This document shows positions 30,267-50,841 of a stretch of 64,000 nucleotides of DNA, piece by piece (position 1 is the stretch's first letter; each line of letters opens with the position of its first letter). Location: positions 896,001-960,000 of the forward strand of contig CAVUQH010000003.1 of assembly GCA_963743525.1 (NCBI GenBank). Reading direction: 5' to 3'. Under the pieces are notes generated by a model that saw only the letters and a program-made list of their open reading frames with translations, was not told the origin of the DNA and searched no databases. The translations under genes were made by a program, and so were the position numbers. This DNA is from an uncultured delta proteobacterium. Lineage in GTDB: Bacteria > Myxococcota_A > Polyangia > Haliangiales > Haliangiaceae.

Positions 30267-32984
30267 TCAGCGCAGGCTGACGGTGGCGCTCACGGCGAAG
30301 CAGGCGGGAACCGCGCGACCGTGGTGGCGATACGGCGCGTAGCGCCAGGTGCCGAAGGCGGCTTCGAGCCGGGCGCGGACGTCGTCGCTGACGTTGCTCA
30401 GCACGGTGGTCGAGGTGACGGCACCGTTGCTGTCGATGCACAGCTGCGCGGCGATGCGGTGGGGAACCTCGCCAGCCCGGGCACGCAGTCGCGGCAACGT
30501 GCCGAAGCGCTTGTGCACCGCGTTGGGCGGAACCACGAGTGGTTCGCTGGGGCGACGCGGCTCGGCCGGCGGCGGTTCGCTGGCGATGTCGGTGGCGATG
30601 TGGGGCAGGGCGGCGACGCCGTCGCTGCTGGGCTCGGTCTTGCCCGCGGAGGCCAGCGGCTGGTCGGGCTGATCCAGCGTTGGTGCCTCGACGCGGTGAT
30701 GATGATGGGGCGTGGCGCGGTCGGTCTCGTCGTCGTTCGAGTGCTGGACCACCACCTGTCCGGCGCCGGCGCTGGACACCGGTGCCAGTGCGATGCGCAG
30801 GGTTTGCGTCTCACCGGCCTCGATCTCCAGGGTCGAGCTCCACGGCTTGTAGCCGTCGCGCTTCACCGTCACCGGGTAGCGGCCGGGCGCCAGGTGTGTG
30901 GTCGCCGGCGAGCCCTCGATGCGTGCGGGGTCGCCGCCGGTGATCTCGATGATCGCGTCGGCCGGCTCGACGATCAGGTTGACCTTGGCGGCGGGGACCG
31001 GCGCAGTGGCGGCGCCGGCACCGGCCGAATCTCCGTTGGTGCGCAGCAGGGCGAAGGCGCCGGCGCCCAGCAGCACGGCCGCGGCGACCGCGGCGATCCA
31101 CGCGCGCCGCCGGCGACCGCGTTCGCGGTCGACCAGGCCCGAGCCGATGACAGCGGCGCTCTGCGTGGCAAGCTGCGTGGGGCGGTGCTGCCGAGTGCGC
31201 GCCGGGGTCGTCTGCGCGGCGTGGACCGGGGCGGGTACGTTGGCCTCGCCGGTGACCGAGCCGGGTCGCGGCGGCGCCGTCGGCTGCCGCGGCGGCGCCG
31301 TCGGCGCACGGGGAACCGGCGGTCGCGTGGTCGACCGCGCGACGACCGGCTGGGTCGGGCGCGGGATGACCGGCGCCGTCGGCGGGCGCACGGAGAGCGC
31401 GCCCGTTGGGGTGCGCCCAGCGGGTGCGTCCGGCAGCGGGATGAACGTGTCGGCCCGCTCGGGCGGCCGGGTTTGGGCGCGCCGCTGTGCCGGCGGCAGC
31501 GGCGGTGCGCTGCTGGCCCGCGGCGCCCGTGGCACCCGCGCCGGTACCGGCATCGACGCCGGCGTCTGCGGTGGCGGGCCCAGCGCGAACGGATCGAACG
31601 ACAGCTCTACGTCTTCGTCTCCTTCGACGCCCGGCGGCTGCGTGCCGGTGGCCCAGCTGCGCGGCGCCGTCGACGTGCGCGGTGGTGGCGGCGCCGGCGT
31701 GATCAGCGTGCGCTCGCGCCCGGGCGCAACAGCGGCCAGCGCGCCGGATGGCGTCGAAGAACCAATGCGCGCGCTGACGTCGGGCACCTCGTCGAGGACC
31801 ACCGCCTGGTTCTGGCTGCGGCCGCCCCAGGCGATCTCGATGATCTCCTCGTCCTCTTCGGCGGTGGGCAGCGCCACGCCCTGGACCGGCATCCGCGACG
31901 GACCGGTCGGCGGCGTCAGCAGCGACACCGCGTGCTCTCCCTCGCCGATCTCGATCACCATCGACGGATCGCTCGAATGCGGCTGCGGCGTCTCGACCAC
32001 GGCTCGGTGCGGCCCGCTGTTTTGCGTGGCCGGCGCCTCGACGGTGAAGGCCCACATCAACCAGTCGGCCACTTCGCGCGGCTGCGCGGTCAGGTTGTAC
32101 TGCTTGCGCAGGCGGTACAGCTCGTCGCGCAGCTCGCCGGCCGTGTCCCAGCGCTCGTCGCGGTCGCGCTCGAGCGCGCGCAGGACGATGGCGTCGAGCT
32201 CCGGCGGGCAGTCGCGGTTGTAGGTCGACGGCGGCGCGATGATGGCGTTCTGTACCCGCTGCAGGGTCTTGTAGTCGTTCTTGGTCGCGAACAGCGGACG
32301 AGCCGTGAGCATCTCGTGAGCCAGCACACCCAGCGAGAACAGGTCCGACCGGCCGTCGAGCTGCAGCCCGCGGATCGCCTCCGGGGCCATGTACGCCATC
32401 TTGCCTTTGACCCGTCCGGTCTGCGTCTGCAGGTGCTGGGTCTGCGCCTTGGCAATGCCGAAGTCGATGATCTTGACGTGACCGTCGTGGCTGACGATGA
32501 CGTTGGACGGCGACACGTCGCGGTGGACCAGGCCCAGCGGCCGGCCCTCGTCATCGACGCGCGTGTGCGCGTACTCGAGCGCGTCGCACACCTGGGCCAG
32601 GATCGACACCGTGACCTGGAGCGGCGGAGGGCCGGTGACGCGGCGCGACTGGCGCAGGATCTGGCGCACGTCGAATCCGTCGATCAGCTCCATCGAGATG
32701 AAGTAGACGTGGCCGACCCGGCCCAGCTCGTAGATCTGCACGACCCCCGGGTGGGTCAGCAGCGAGGCCAGCTTGGCTTCGCGCACGAACGCGCGGACGA
32801 ACGATTCGTCCTCGGCCAGGTGTGGCAGCAGGCGTTTGAGCGCGACCCATCGCTCGAAGCCTTCGATACCGATCTCTTTGGCCCGGTGGACAGTTGCCAT
32901 CCCCCCGACACCGAGACGGTCGAAGACGCGATAGGGCCCGAAGACTACACCTCGGTCGCGCCGCTCCTGGTCTGTAACCGACAT
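30267..32984 (-). CDS. Ser/Thr kinase with long Pro-rich linker, TM, PEGA and TonB-C-like C-terminus
   Basis: GVGGMATV, ALK, HRDVSPSN, DFG, GKMAYMAPE, DLFSLG; LAPGRYPVTVKRDGYKPW; CIDSNGAV...WRYAPY..G.AVPAC. Confidence 0.92.
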   Translation of the reverse strand: MSVTDQERRDRGVVFGPYRVFDRLGVGGMATVHRAKEIGIEGFERWVALKRLLPHLAEDESFVRAFVREAKLASLLTHPGVVQIYELGRVGHVYFISMELIDGFDVRQILRQSRRVTGPPPLQVTVSILAQVCDALEYAHTRVDDEGRPLGLVHRDVSPSNVIVSHDGHVKIIDFGIAKAQTQHLQTQTGRVKGKMAYMAPEAIRGLQLDGRSDLFSLGVLAHEMLTARPLFATKNDYKTLQRVQNAIIAPPSTYNRDCPPELDAIVLRALERDRDERWDTAGELRDELYRLRKQYNLTAQPREVADWLMWAFTVEAPATQNSGPHRAVVETPQPHSSDPSMVIEIGEGEHAVSLLTPPTGPSRMPVQGVALPTAEEDEEIIEIAWGGRSQNQAVVLDEVPDVSARIGSSTPSGALAAVAPGRERTLITPAPPPPRTSTAPRSWATGTQPPGVEGDEDVELSFDPFALGPPPQTPASMPVPARVPRAPRASSAPPLPPAQRRAQTRPPERADTFIPLPDAPAGRTPTGALSVRPPTAPVIPRPTQPVVARSTTRPPVPRAPTAPPRQPTAPPRPGSVTGEANVPAPVHAAQTTPARTRQHRPTQLATQSAAVIGSGLVDRERGRRRRAWIAAVAAAVLLGAGAFALLRTNGDSAGAGAATAPVPAAKVNLIVEPADAIIEITGGDPARIEGSPATTHLAPGRYPVTVKRDGYKPWSSTLEIEAGETQTLRIALAPVSSAGAGQVVVQHSNDDETDRATPHHHHRVEAPTLDQPDQPLASAGKTEPSSDGVAALPHIATDIASEPPPAEPRRPSEPLVVPPNAVHKRFGTLPRLRARAGEVPHRIAAQLCIDSNGAVTSTTVLSNVSDDVRARLEAAFGTWRYAPYRHHGRAVPACFAVSATVSLR

Positions 32985-33173
32985 CCCCTCGATACTCAGA
33001 ACCCGCGGACCAACAAAAGTTGCTCCGCAGCTTTGCACAGCTCGATGTCAGCACTCGTCAAAAAACGGATACGATTTGCCTATGTTATCGAAATCACAGG
33101 ATTTCTCCCCTGTGAGAACTGTCACCTATCTTACTGGCCCAGGGGCCAGAGAGGGCGTCGACTGACCCGCGGG

Positions 33174-33431
33174 TCAGCGGCCGGCGACACGCTGCGTCGA
33201 GGCCTGCTCGGGGGTCCAGACCGTGAGGCTCAGGGCGTGGATCGGCCCCTTCATCTCGTCGGCCAGCGCGGCGAAGACCAACCGGTGACGCTGCACCAGG
33301 TTGAGGCCCTCGAACGCCGCCGACACGATGGTCGCCTCCCAGTGATCCTGGGTGCCGGTCAGGTCGCGAAGCTCGACCTCGGCATCGGGCAGGGCGGCGC
33401 GGATCTTGGCCGTGATCTGCTCGGGCGCCAC
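33174..33431 (-). CDS. BolA/IbaG family protein
   Basis: DHWEATIVSAAFEGLNLVQRHRLV, IHALSL..TPE. Confidence 0.9.
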   Translation of the reverse strand: MAPEQITAKIRAALPDAEVELRDLTGTQDHWEATIVSAAFEGLNLVQRHRLVFAALADEMKGPIHALSLTVWTPEQASTQRVAGR

Positions 33432-33433
33432 GG

Positions 33434-35065
<1,632 letters not shown>

Positions 35066-35137
35066 GGCCGCCTTGTACCATGAACCCGCTTTCGCGACAG
35101 GGCCCACGACGACCCCGGTTGCGGTAGTGTCGGCGGC

Positions 35138-35908
35138 ATGGGCTGGCATCCGATCTGGCGCGGAACCCGGTCGCTGGTCGATGCCCTCGATCGCCGCGCC
35201 GAAGCCCGCGGCGACCGCATTGCCCGGACTTCGGAGCCGTACTGGGGGCTCGAAAGGTTGGACCTGTTCTGCGAGCTCCCGCGGGCCGATCTCGAGGCGC
35301 TGTGCAGCACGCCGCGGCTGCAGCGCTACCAGCCGCGCGAGCCGGTGATCGTCGACGATGACGCGGTGCGCGTGTTGGTCTCGGGGGCGATCAAGCTGGC
35401 GCGCGTCGGCTTCAGCGGACGCAAGCTGATCGTCGCGCTGCTCGCCGCCGGCGACGTCTTCGGCCGTATCACCGGCGACGACGACGGCTACGTGGTCGAG
35501 GCGTTGGAGGAGACCGAGGTGCTGGCGGTGTCGCACGAGGCGTTCCAGTCGCTGCTCGAGCGGCGCGAGTTCGCCTACCGCATCGTCCAGCACCTGGAGG
35601 AGCGGCAGCGCGAGCTGGTGCGGCGGGTCGAGAGCCTGGCGTTCAAGGATGTGCGCACGCGCCTGATCGAGGCGCTGCTGGCGCTGGCCCACGAGCACGG
35701 CGAACCGTGCCAGCATGGGATGGCGGTCGACGTGCGCATCAACCAGCAAGATCTGGCGGATCTGATCGGCGCGTCGCGGCAGATGGTCAACCGGCTGCTC
35801 GGCGAGCTGTCGCGCAAGCTGTACGTGCGCCGCATGGGCAAGGTGCTCTGTATCCTCAACCACCGCCGGCTCGCGCGGCTGCTCGACGAGCCGGTGTCAA
35901 CTGGTTGA
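35138..35908 (+). CDS. Crp/Fnr family regulator, MrpC-like
   Basis: Cyclic-nucleotide-binding fold (AGDVFG), AFKDV..RL, HGEPCQHG, QQDLADLIGASR HTH. Confidence 0.88.
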   Translation: MGWHPIWRGTRSLVDALDRRAEARGDRIARTSEPYWGLERLDLFCELPRADLEALCSTPRLQRYQPREPVIVDDDAVRVLVSGAIKLARVGFSGRKLIVALLAAGDVFGRITGDDDGYVVEALEETEVLAVSHEAFQSLLERREFAYRIVQHLEERQRELVRRVESLAFKDVRTRLIEALLALAHEHGEPCQHGMAVDVRINQQDLADLIGASRQMVNRLLGELSRKLYVRRMGKVLCILNHRRLARLLDEPVSTG

Positions 35909-35943
35909 CAGCGCGGGCAGCGGAGAAGGGATATCCACGGGCC

Positions 35944-36639
35944 ATGTCTGCCATCAAGCTCTTCGTGTTCGCCGCGGCGCTGGTCGCCGTCGGGCGACCG
36001 GCTGCGGCCGGTGAGGACAATCCCATCACCTCGGCCGACGCCGCCGAGGCGGCGCTGCCGTCGCCTCACCACGCGCTGCTCGACCTGTCGATGCTGGCCC
36101 GCTACGACCGTCTGCCGGGCGAGGTCAACGCCGGCCGCGCCGGGCTGTCGGTGCGCGCGCTGTTGGGACGGAAGGTCGGCTACTGCGTCGGCGCCGACCT
36201 CGACATCGGCGCCAGCGGCAAGGGGCTGGTCTACGGCGTGGTCGCGCAGCTCGCCGGCGTCGGCAAGCGGTTGGGCCAGGCCGGCTACGTGTCGCTGTGC
36301 GGCGGCGCCGGTGTCGGCGGCGCGACCGGCGTGATTCCGGCGGCGCTGGAGGTGCCGATCGAGCTGCGCATGCGCCTGCAGGCCGGGCCGGTGAGGTTGT
36401 CCGGCTTCGTCACCGGGCGCTTCACCGCGTTCGACGAGGCGCGGGACGACGGCGCCCGCAGCGTCAGCGGCTTCGACGAGCTCGACGCCGGCGTCGCCAT
36501 CGGGCTGGGCCGTCAGCACGTCTACTGGCGCGGCTCGTCGGCCGGGTCGGGGCCGTTCGTGGCGGTCACCTACAAGGAGCTGATGGACCAGCGGCTGATC
36601 GCCGTGTCGCTCGGCTTCGAGCTGACGGGGGGCAACTGA
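35944..36639 (+). CDS. Hypothetical exported protein (beta-barrel-like)
   Basis: Signal peptide; alternating hydrophobic beta strands; C-terminal VSLGFEL. Confidence 0.65.
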   Translation: MSAIKLFVFAAALVAVGRPAAAGEDNPITSADAAEAALPSPHHALLDLSMLARYDRLPGEVNAGRAGLSVRALLGRKVGYCVGADLDIGASGKGLVYGVVAQLAGVGKRLGQAGYVSLCGGAGVGGATGVIPAALEVPIELRMRLQAGPVRLSGFVTGRFTAFDEARDDGARSVSGFDELDAGVAIGLGRQHVYWRGSSAGSGPFVAVTYKELMDQRLIAVSLGFELTGGN

Positions 36640-37589
36640 TGCGCGCCGCGTCGCTCGTGTTGTTGGTCGTCGGCGCCTGCGCGCGGCCCAACGTCGCCGC
36701 CCGTCCGCTGCCGCAGCCGCCGCCGGCGCCGGCCGGCATCGTCCACACCACCGGCACGTTCGACGGCAGCGGCGGCGCGGTGCTGTTCGAGCAGTGCTGG
36801 AAGCCGGCCGACCGCGCGCCGTCGTCGGTGGTGGTGCTGGTCCACGGCATCAAGGATCACAGCTCGCGCTACGAGCAGCTGGCCGAGGCGCTGGTCCGCG
36901 CCGGCCACGCCGCGTGCGGCTTCGATCACCGCGGCCACGGCCGGTCGTCGGGGCCGCGCTTCGATCTCTATCCGTTCTCGGCCGATCTCGGCGACATGGA
37001 TCGCTACCTGGCCACCGTCCGCCAGCGCTTCCCCGGCGCGCCGCTGTTCCTATTCGGCCACAGCATGGGCGGTGTGCTGGTGCCGCTGTACGTGATCGAG
37101 CGCCAGCCCCAGCTGGCCGGCATCGTGCTCAGCGCGCCGGCGGTGCATCCGCCGCTGCACCCGTTCGCCATCGCCGGGCTGATGGTCGCGGCGACCCTGG
37201 CGCCCAACGCGCCGCTGCTCGATGCGCCGGACGACACCTTCTCGCCCGATCCCGCGGTGGTGAAGGGGATGCACGACGATCCGCTGATTCCCCGCGGCAA
37301 GGGCACCGGCCGCATGGCCGCCGAGCTGGCGCGCGGCATCGAGCGGGTGTGGGCCGGGGTCGCCACGATCCGCGCGCCGATCCTGATCCTGTCGGGGACC
37401 GCGGATCGGGCGGTGGATCCGCACGGCAGCATCGAGCTGCGCCGGCGGGTCGGCTCGACGGATGCCACGCTGCACATGTATCGCGCAGCCGGGCACGATC
37501 TCGCGCACGATCCGCAAAAGGACGCGATCGTCAGCGACATCGTGTCGTGGGTCGGCGCGCACACGCCTGCGGCGTCCGCCGTCCCCTAG
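36639..37589 (+). CDS. Alpha/beta hydrolase (lysophospholipase/monoglyceride lipase family), probable lipoprotein
   Basis: LVHGI, DHRGHGRS, GHSMGG nucleophile, GTAD, GHDL; lipobox VGAC. Confidence 0.9.
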   Translation: MRAASLVLLVVGACARPNVAARPLPQPPPAPAGIVHTTGTFDGSGGAVLFEQCWKPADRAPSSVVVLVHGIKDHSSRYEQLAEALVRAGHAACGFDHRGHGRSSGPRFDLYPFSADLGDMDRYLATVRQRFPGAPLFLFGHSMGGVLVPLYVIERQPQLAGIVLSAPAVHPPLHPFAIAGLMVAATLAPNAPLLDAPDDTFSPDPAVVKGMHDDPLIPRGKGTGRMAAELARGIERVWAGVATIRAPILILSGTADRAVDPHGSIELRRRVGSTDATLHMYRAAGHDLAHDPQKDAIVSDIVSWVGAHTPAASAVP

Positions 37590-37677
37590 CTCGCCAGAAC
37601 GCCACAACGGGGCAGGCGCCCTCACCCCGGCGGTGACCGATGCGCAGGCGAACGCACCACCTCTTCCGCAGCGCGGG

Positions 37678-37693
37678 TGGTACGCGCTTTGCT
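37678..37693 (+). promoter_or_regulatory. Putative sigma-54 promoter
   Basis: TGGTAC-GCGCT-TTGCT with exact GG-N10-GC spacing, about 35 nt upstream of the ATG at 37728 and its AAGGAG RBS. Confidence 0.65.
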
Positions 37694-37727
37694 CCACGTC
37701 TGCTTGCAGCTGAGCAAGGAGACAACA

Positions 37728-38276
37728 ATGGCACAAGCGAACGAGCTCAAGCAGATGCACAAATGCGCGGCCGTGCTGCCCACCCATACGGCAGCCGAGG
37801 CGGCGATCAAGGAGCTGGGGGCCGCGGGAATCGACCTCAAGCAACTGTCCATCGTCGGCCGCGATTTCCACACCGACGAGCAGGTGGTCGGCTTCTACAA
37901 CACCGGCGACCGGGTCAAGCACTGGGGCAAGCTCGGTGCGTTCTGGGGCGGATTGTTCGGGGTTCTGTTTGCCCCGGCGTTCTTCTGGATCCCCGGTATC
38001 GGACCGGTGCTCACCGGCGGCATCATCGGCTCGGTGATCATGGGCATGGTCGAGGGCGGCGTCGTCGGCGCAGGTGTGGTCGGCGGGCTGTCGGCGCTGG
38101 GCGGCGCGCTGGCCAGCATCGGCATTCCCAGGGACAGCGTGCTCCGCTACGAGCGCGCGCTCAAAGCCGACAAGTACCTCATCATCCTCCACGGCACCCA
38201 GGAGCAGGTCGAGCAGGCGCGCTCGATCCTCGCCGACCACTCGGAGTCGGTGGACGTGGTGCCGGCGGCGCAGTAA
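37728..38276 (+). CDS. General-stress/DUF1269-like glycine-rich membrane protein
   Basis: AEAAIKEL, LSIVGRDFH.DE.VVGFYNTGDR, WGKLGAFWGGLFG, SIGIP.DSVL.YE. Confidence 0.8.
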   Translation: MAQANELKQMHKCAAVLPTHTAAEAAIKELGAAGIDLKQLSIVGRDFHTDEQVVGFYNTGDRVKHWGKLGAFWGGLFGVLFAPAFFWIPGIGPVLTGGIIGSVIMGMVEGGVVGAGVVGGLSALGGALASIGIPRDSVLRYERALKADKYLIILHGTQEQVEQARSILADHSESVDVVPAAQ

Positions 38277-38285
38277 CCGCCGCCG

Positions 38286-40223
<1,938 letters not shown>

Positions 40224-40321
40224 TTGGTGCAATTACACCCCGCAGCGCCGGCAGTTCAATCGAAAACGGACCCCGAATGTGTGGCGGTCCGACGGTTTTT
40301 GGCTAGAGTCTCTGGTTCTCC

Positions 40322-42681
<2,360 letters not shown>

Positions 42682-42682
<1 letters not shown>

Positions 42683-43380
42683 TGGTCGCCCTGCCGCCGC
42701 TGCACGAGGGCCGGCTCGTGCGCCGCTACAAGCGCTTCCTCGCCGACGTCGAGCTGGCCGGCGGCGAGATGGTCACGGCTCACTGCGCCAACCCCGGATC
42801 GATGAACAGCTGCGCGGTCGAGGGCGGCCACGTCTGGCTGAGCCACTCGGACGACCCGCGCCGCCGCCTGGCCTACAGCTGGGAGCTGGCCCGGGTCGGC
42901 GGCCAGATGGTCGTCATCAACACCGCGCGCGGCAACCAGGTCGTCGCCGAGGCGCTGGAGCGCGGCGCCGTCGCCGAGCTGGCCGGCGCCGGCGGCGTCC
43001 GCCGCGAGGTGCGCGTCGGCGACAGGAGCCGCATCGACTTCCTCCTCGAAGACGGCGACGCGCGCACCTACGTCGAGGTCAAGAGCGTGACCCTGGCCGC
43101 CGAGCCCGGCGTCGCCGCCTTCCCCGACTCGGTCACCGAACGCGGCACCCGCCACCTGGAAGAGCTGATCCGCCTCCACCGCGCCGGCCACCGCGCGGTG
43201 CTGCTGTTCTGCGTCGCCCGCACCCGTGTTGCCCGCGTCCGCCCCGCCGACGAGATCGATCCCACCTACGGCCGCACCCTGCGCCGCGCCGCCGCCGCCG
43301 GCGTCGACATCCTCGCCTACGGCTGCGCCATCGGCACGCGACGCATCACCCTGCGCAAGCAGCTCCCAATCGAGCTATAG
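42682..43380 (+). CDS. sfsA: DNA/RNA nuclease SfsA
   Basis: RRYKRFLADV, AHCANPGSM, SRIDFLL, YVEVKSVTL, FPDSVTERG..HL.EL, IDP.Y. Confidence 0.93.
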
Positions 43381-43654
43381 CGGGGTCAGATCCAACTCTT
43401 GAAACTTGCGCGTCGCAACTAGCTGATTTCCCAGCCTGCTGCTCGGAGCTAAGTTTCAGAAGTTGGATCTGACCCCGGTCAGGCACTAGCTGATTTCCCA
43501 GCCTGCTGCTCGGAGCTAAGTTTCAGAAGTTGGATCTGACCCCGGTCAGGCGATAGCGGGGTCAGATCCAACTCTTGAAACTTGCGCGTCGCAACTAGCT
43601 GATTTCCCAGCCTGCTGCTCGGAGCTAAGTTTCAGAAGTTGGATCTGACCCCGG

Positions 43655-43660
<6 letters not shown>
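43377..43660. repeat. Tandem REP-like palindromic repeat cluster: two 108-bp copies and one 67-bp partial copy
   Basis: 43377-43484 = 43553-43660; 43485-43551 is the 3' part; each full copy has a 27-bp IR CGGGGTCAGATCCAACTCTTGAAACTT / AAGTTTCAGAAGTTGGATCTGACCCCG. Confidence 0.92.
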
Positions 43661-44628
<968 letters not shown>

Positions 44629-44724
44629 CGTTCGCTTTGTATAGCCTCGCTCCATTCGATGTCCAGCGGCCCGGTTTCGCTGCTTGCAATTCACTCCGGG
44701 AGGGGTATGTTGCGACCTTCCAAT

Positions 44725-46505
<1,781 letters not shown>

Positions 46506-46566
46506 GAGGCGCCCGCTCACCGTCCTCTGTTATAGTGCGAGCCCGGGATAGGCCCGGGTTCGCCAC

Positions 46567-47673
46567 ATGACCGCGAAAAAGCGCTCACACAAGATCGAGA
46601 AGCTCGCTCGCGTCTACGACGACGAGGTGATGCCGGTCTGGTCCGAGCGCTTCGGACGACTGTTGCTTCGCGGTCTGACCCTGCCCGAGCGGGGCCAGGT
46701 GCTCGACGTCAGCTGCGGCACCGGCTACCCGTCGGTCGAGCTGCTCCGGCGCATGGGCCCCGGCTGCCGCCTCATTGCCATCGACGCCGCCTCGGCCATG
46801 CTCGATGTCGCGCGCAAGAAGGTGGCCGAGATCGAGGGCGCCTCGCGCAAGGTCTTCTTCCGCACCGAGAGCGCCGAGCCCAAGCTGTCGTTCGCCGACG
46901 ACGTCTACGACCTGGTGGTGTCCAACCTCGGCCTCGAGGATATGGACGACCAGGCGGGCGCGCTGCGCGACTTCGCCCGGGTCACCGCCCCCGGCGGCGA
47001 GGTCCGCTGCACCCTGCCGCTGGACGGCACCTTCCAGGAGTTCTTCGACATCTACCGCGAAGTGCTGATCAAGCACGACAAGCACGACGCGCTCGACCGG
47101 CTCAACGACTACCTGCGCCGCTACCCCACCGTCGAGCAGTGCGAGGAGTGGATGCAGGCCGCCGGCTTCCGCCCGTACCGCATCGACGTGGCCGAGTTCT
47201 CGATGCTGTTCAAGAGCTCGCGCGAGTTCTTCTTCGCCCCGGTCATCGAGTACGGCCCGCTGCCCGAGTGGAAGGCGATCGCCGGCAAGGGCCAGGAGAT
47301 GCAGGACGTCTTCTGGTACATCAAGGAGGCGATCGACGCCTACTTCGGCGACCGCGCCTTCCAGGCCACGGTCAAGGCCGCCTGCCTGGTCGGCCACGTG
47401 CCCGAGGTCACCGAGGAAGACGTCACCGGTCGGGTCGAAAAGATCGCGGACGAGCCGTCGGTCAACCGCGTCGATTTCGGCGAGGTGGTCGACGTGCCGC
47501 CCCAGCGCACCCGCACCGGCACCGAGGAGATCAGCATCGACGAGCTGGAGGAGCTCGACGACATCGAGACCCTCAACAACGCCGAGCCGGTGCCCGACGG
47601 TGACGCCGACGACGACGTCATCCAGGCGTTCGTCGACGGCGCCGAGCGCCCCGTCAGCCTGGAAGACGAGTAG
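46567..47673 (+). CDS. Class I SAM-dependent methyltransferase with acidic C-terminal tail
   Basis: VLDVSCGTG, AIDA...ML, FADDVYDLVVSN, PGG; last ~90 aa rich in D/E. Confidence 0.85.
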   Translation: MTAKKRSHKIEKLARVYDDEVMPVWSERFGRLLLRGLTLPERGQVLDVSCGTGYPSVELLRRMGPGCRLIAIDAASAMLDVARKKVAEIEGASRKVFFRTESAEPKLSFADDVYDLVVSNLGLEDMDDQAGALRDFARVTAPGGEVRCTLPLDGTFQEFFDIYREVLIKHDKHDALDRLNDYLRRYPTVEQCEEWMQAAGFRPYRIDVAEFSMLFKSSREFFFAPVIEYGPLPEWKAIAGKGQEMQDVFWYIKEAIDAYFGDRAFQATVKAACLVGHVPEVTEEDVTGRVEKIADEPSVNRVDFGEVVDVPPQRTRTGTEEISIDELEELDDIETLNNAEPVPDGDADDDVIQAFVDGAERPVSLEDE

Positions 47674-49731
<2,058 letters not shown>

Positions 49732-49832
49732 CCCGCCGATCCTGCACCAGATTTCGCGTACTTGTGGATCCGTCGCGCGGCCGGGCGATATGTTCGGGGC
49801 CCCCGGCCCGTTGACCAGATACCGCCCCGGTC

Positions 49833-50429
49833 ATGACCCGCACCCTGACACTGCCGCTCCGCCTCGCCGAGGCGATCGACGGCGCCGACCCCGAGCCGGC
49901 GCCGCTGGAAGATCGCGCCCTGGCCGGTGACGCCGCGGCCTGGGAGGCGCTGTTCCGCCGGCACAACCGCCGGGTGGTCCTGGTGCTGCTGGCCCGCGGC
50001 GTGCGCGCCGACGTCGCCCGCGACCTGGCGCAGGACGCGTGGACGCGGCTGATCGAGAAACAGCGCCGCGACCAGCTGCGGCTGCTTCGCCTGCCGGCGC
50101 TGGCCATCCGCCAGGCGCTGTTCCTGGCCGCCGACCGCGCCCGCCGCGGCGACGTTCGCTACGAGCACGTGGCGCTGTCGGACGACGACGCCGTCGACCT
50201 CGACCTGGAGAAGCAGCTGACCGACCGCAGCCGCCTGGCCCGCGCCCGCGCGGTGCTGGCCACCTGCAGCGACTCGCAGCAGCGGGTCTTCCGCGCCATC
50301 TACGCCCGCCCCGGCGCGTCGGCCGCCGAGGTCGCCGCCGAGACCCGGCTGTCGGTGCAGCGGGTGCGGCAGATCATGTGCGAGGTGCGCAAGAAGCTGC
50401 GCGCGGTCGTGGAGGATGTCGATGTCTGA
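49833..50429 (+). CDS. ECF-type RNA polymerase sigma factor
   Basis: GDAAAWEALFRRH, ARDLAQDAW (region 2), SAAEVAAET.LS..RV (region 4). Confidence 0.85.
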   Translation: MTRTLTLPLRLAEAIDGADPEPAPLEDRALAGDAAAWEALFRRHNRRVVLVLLARGVRADVARDLAQDAWTRLIEKQRRDQLRLLRLPALAIRQALFLAADRARRGDVRYEHVALSDDDAVDLDLEKQLTDRSRLARARAVLATCSDSQQRVFRAIYARPGASAAEVAAETRLSVQRVRQIMCEVRKKLRAVVEDVDV

Positions 50430-50820
50430 TTGCCTCACCACCTCCGAGCTCGCCTGGTACGTGACCGACGGCCTGTCGCCGGTGGCCTGCGACCTGGCGC
50501 GCGCCGACCGCATCGAGACCCACGCCGCCGACTGCCCCGACTGCGCCGCCGCCCTCGCCGCCGAGGCCCGGGCCGAGCTGGTCATCGAAGAAGCCGCCCG
50601 CGCCGAGCCGCTGGCGCCGCCGCACCGCCGCGCCGCCTGGCTGGGCGCGCTGGCCGCGGTTGCCGGCATCGTCCTGGTCGTCTTCATCGGCCGCGCCGTG
50701 GCCGGCGATCGCCCGCCGCAGCGCACCGTCACCGCTGCCGACACGACGCCGGCGGACGCCGGCGTGGGCGCCCTCGCCGTCGACGGCGACATCCTCGACC
50801 CCGACGTCGGCACCAACTGA
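50422..50820 (+). CDS. Zinc-binding (ZAS/zf-HC2) anti-sigma factor
   Basis: IETHAADCPDC (HxxxCxxC), single TM; GGAGG RBS; overlaps the sigma gene. Confidence 0.75.
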   Translation: MSDCLTTSELAWYVTDGLSPVACDLARADRIETHAADCPDCAAALAAEARAELVIEEAARAEPLAPPHRRAAWLGALAAVAGIVLVVFIGRAVAGDRPPQRTVTAADTTPADAGVGALAVDGDILDPDVGTN

Positions 50821-50841
50821 CGCCGGGCCAAGCCCCTTCTC

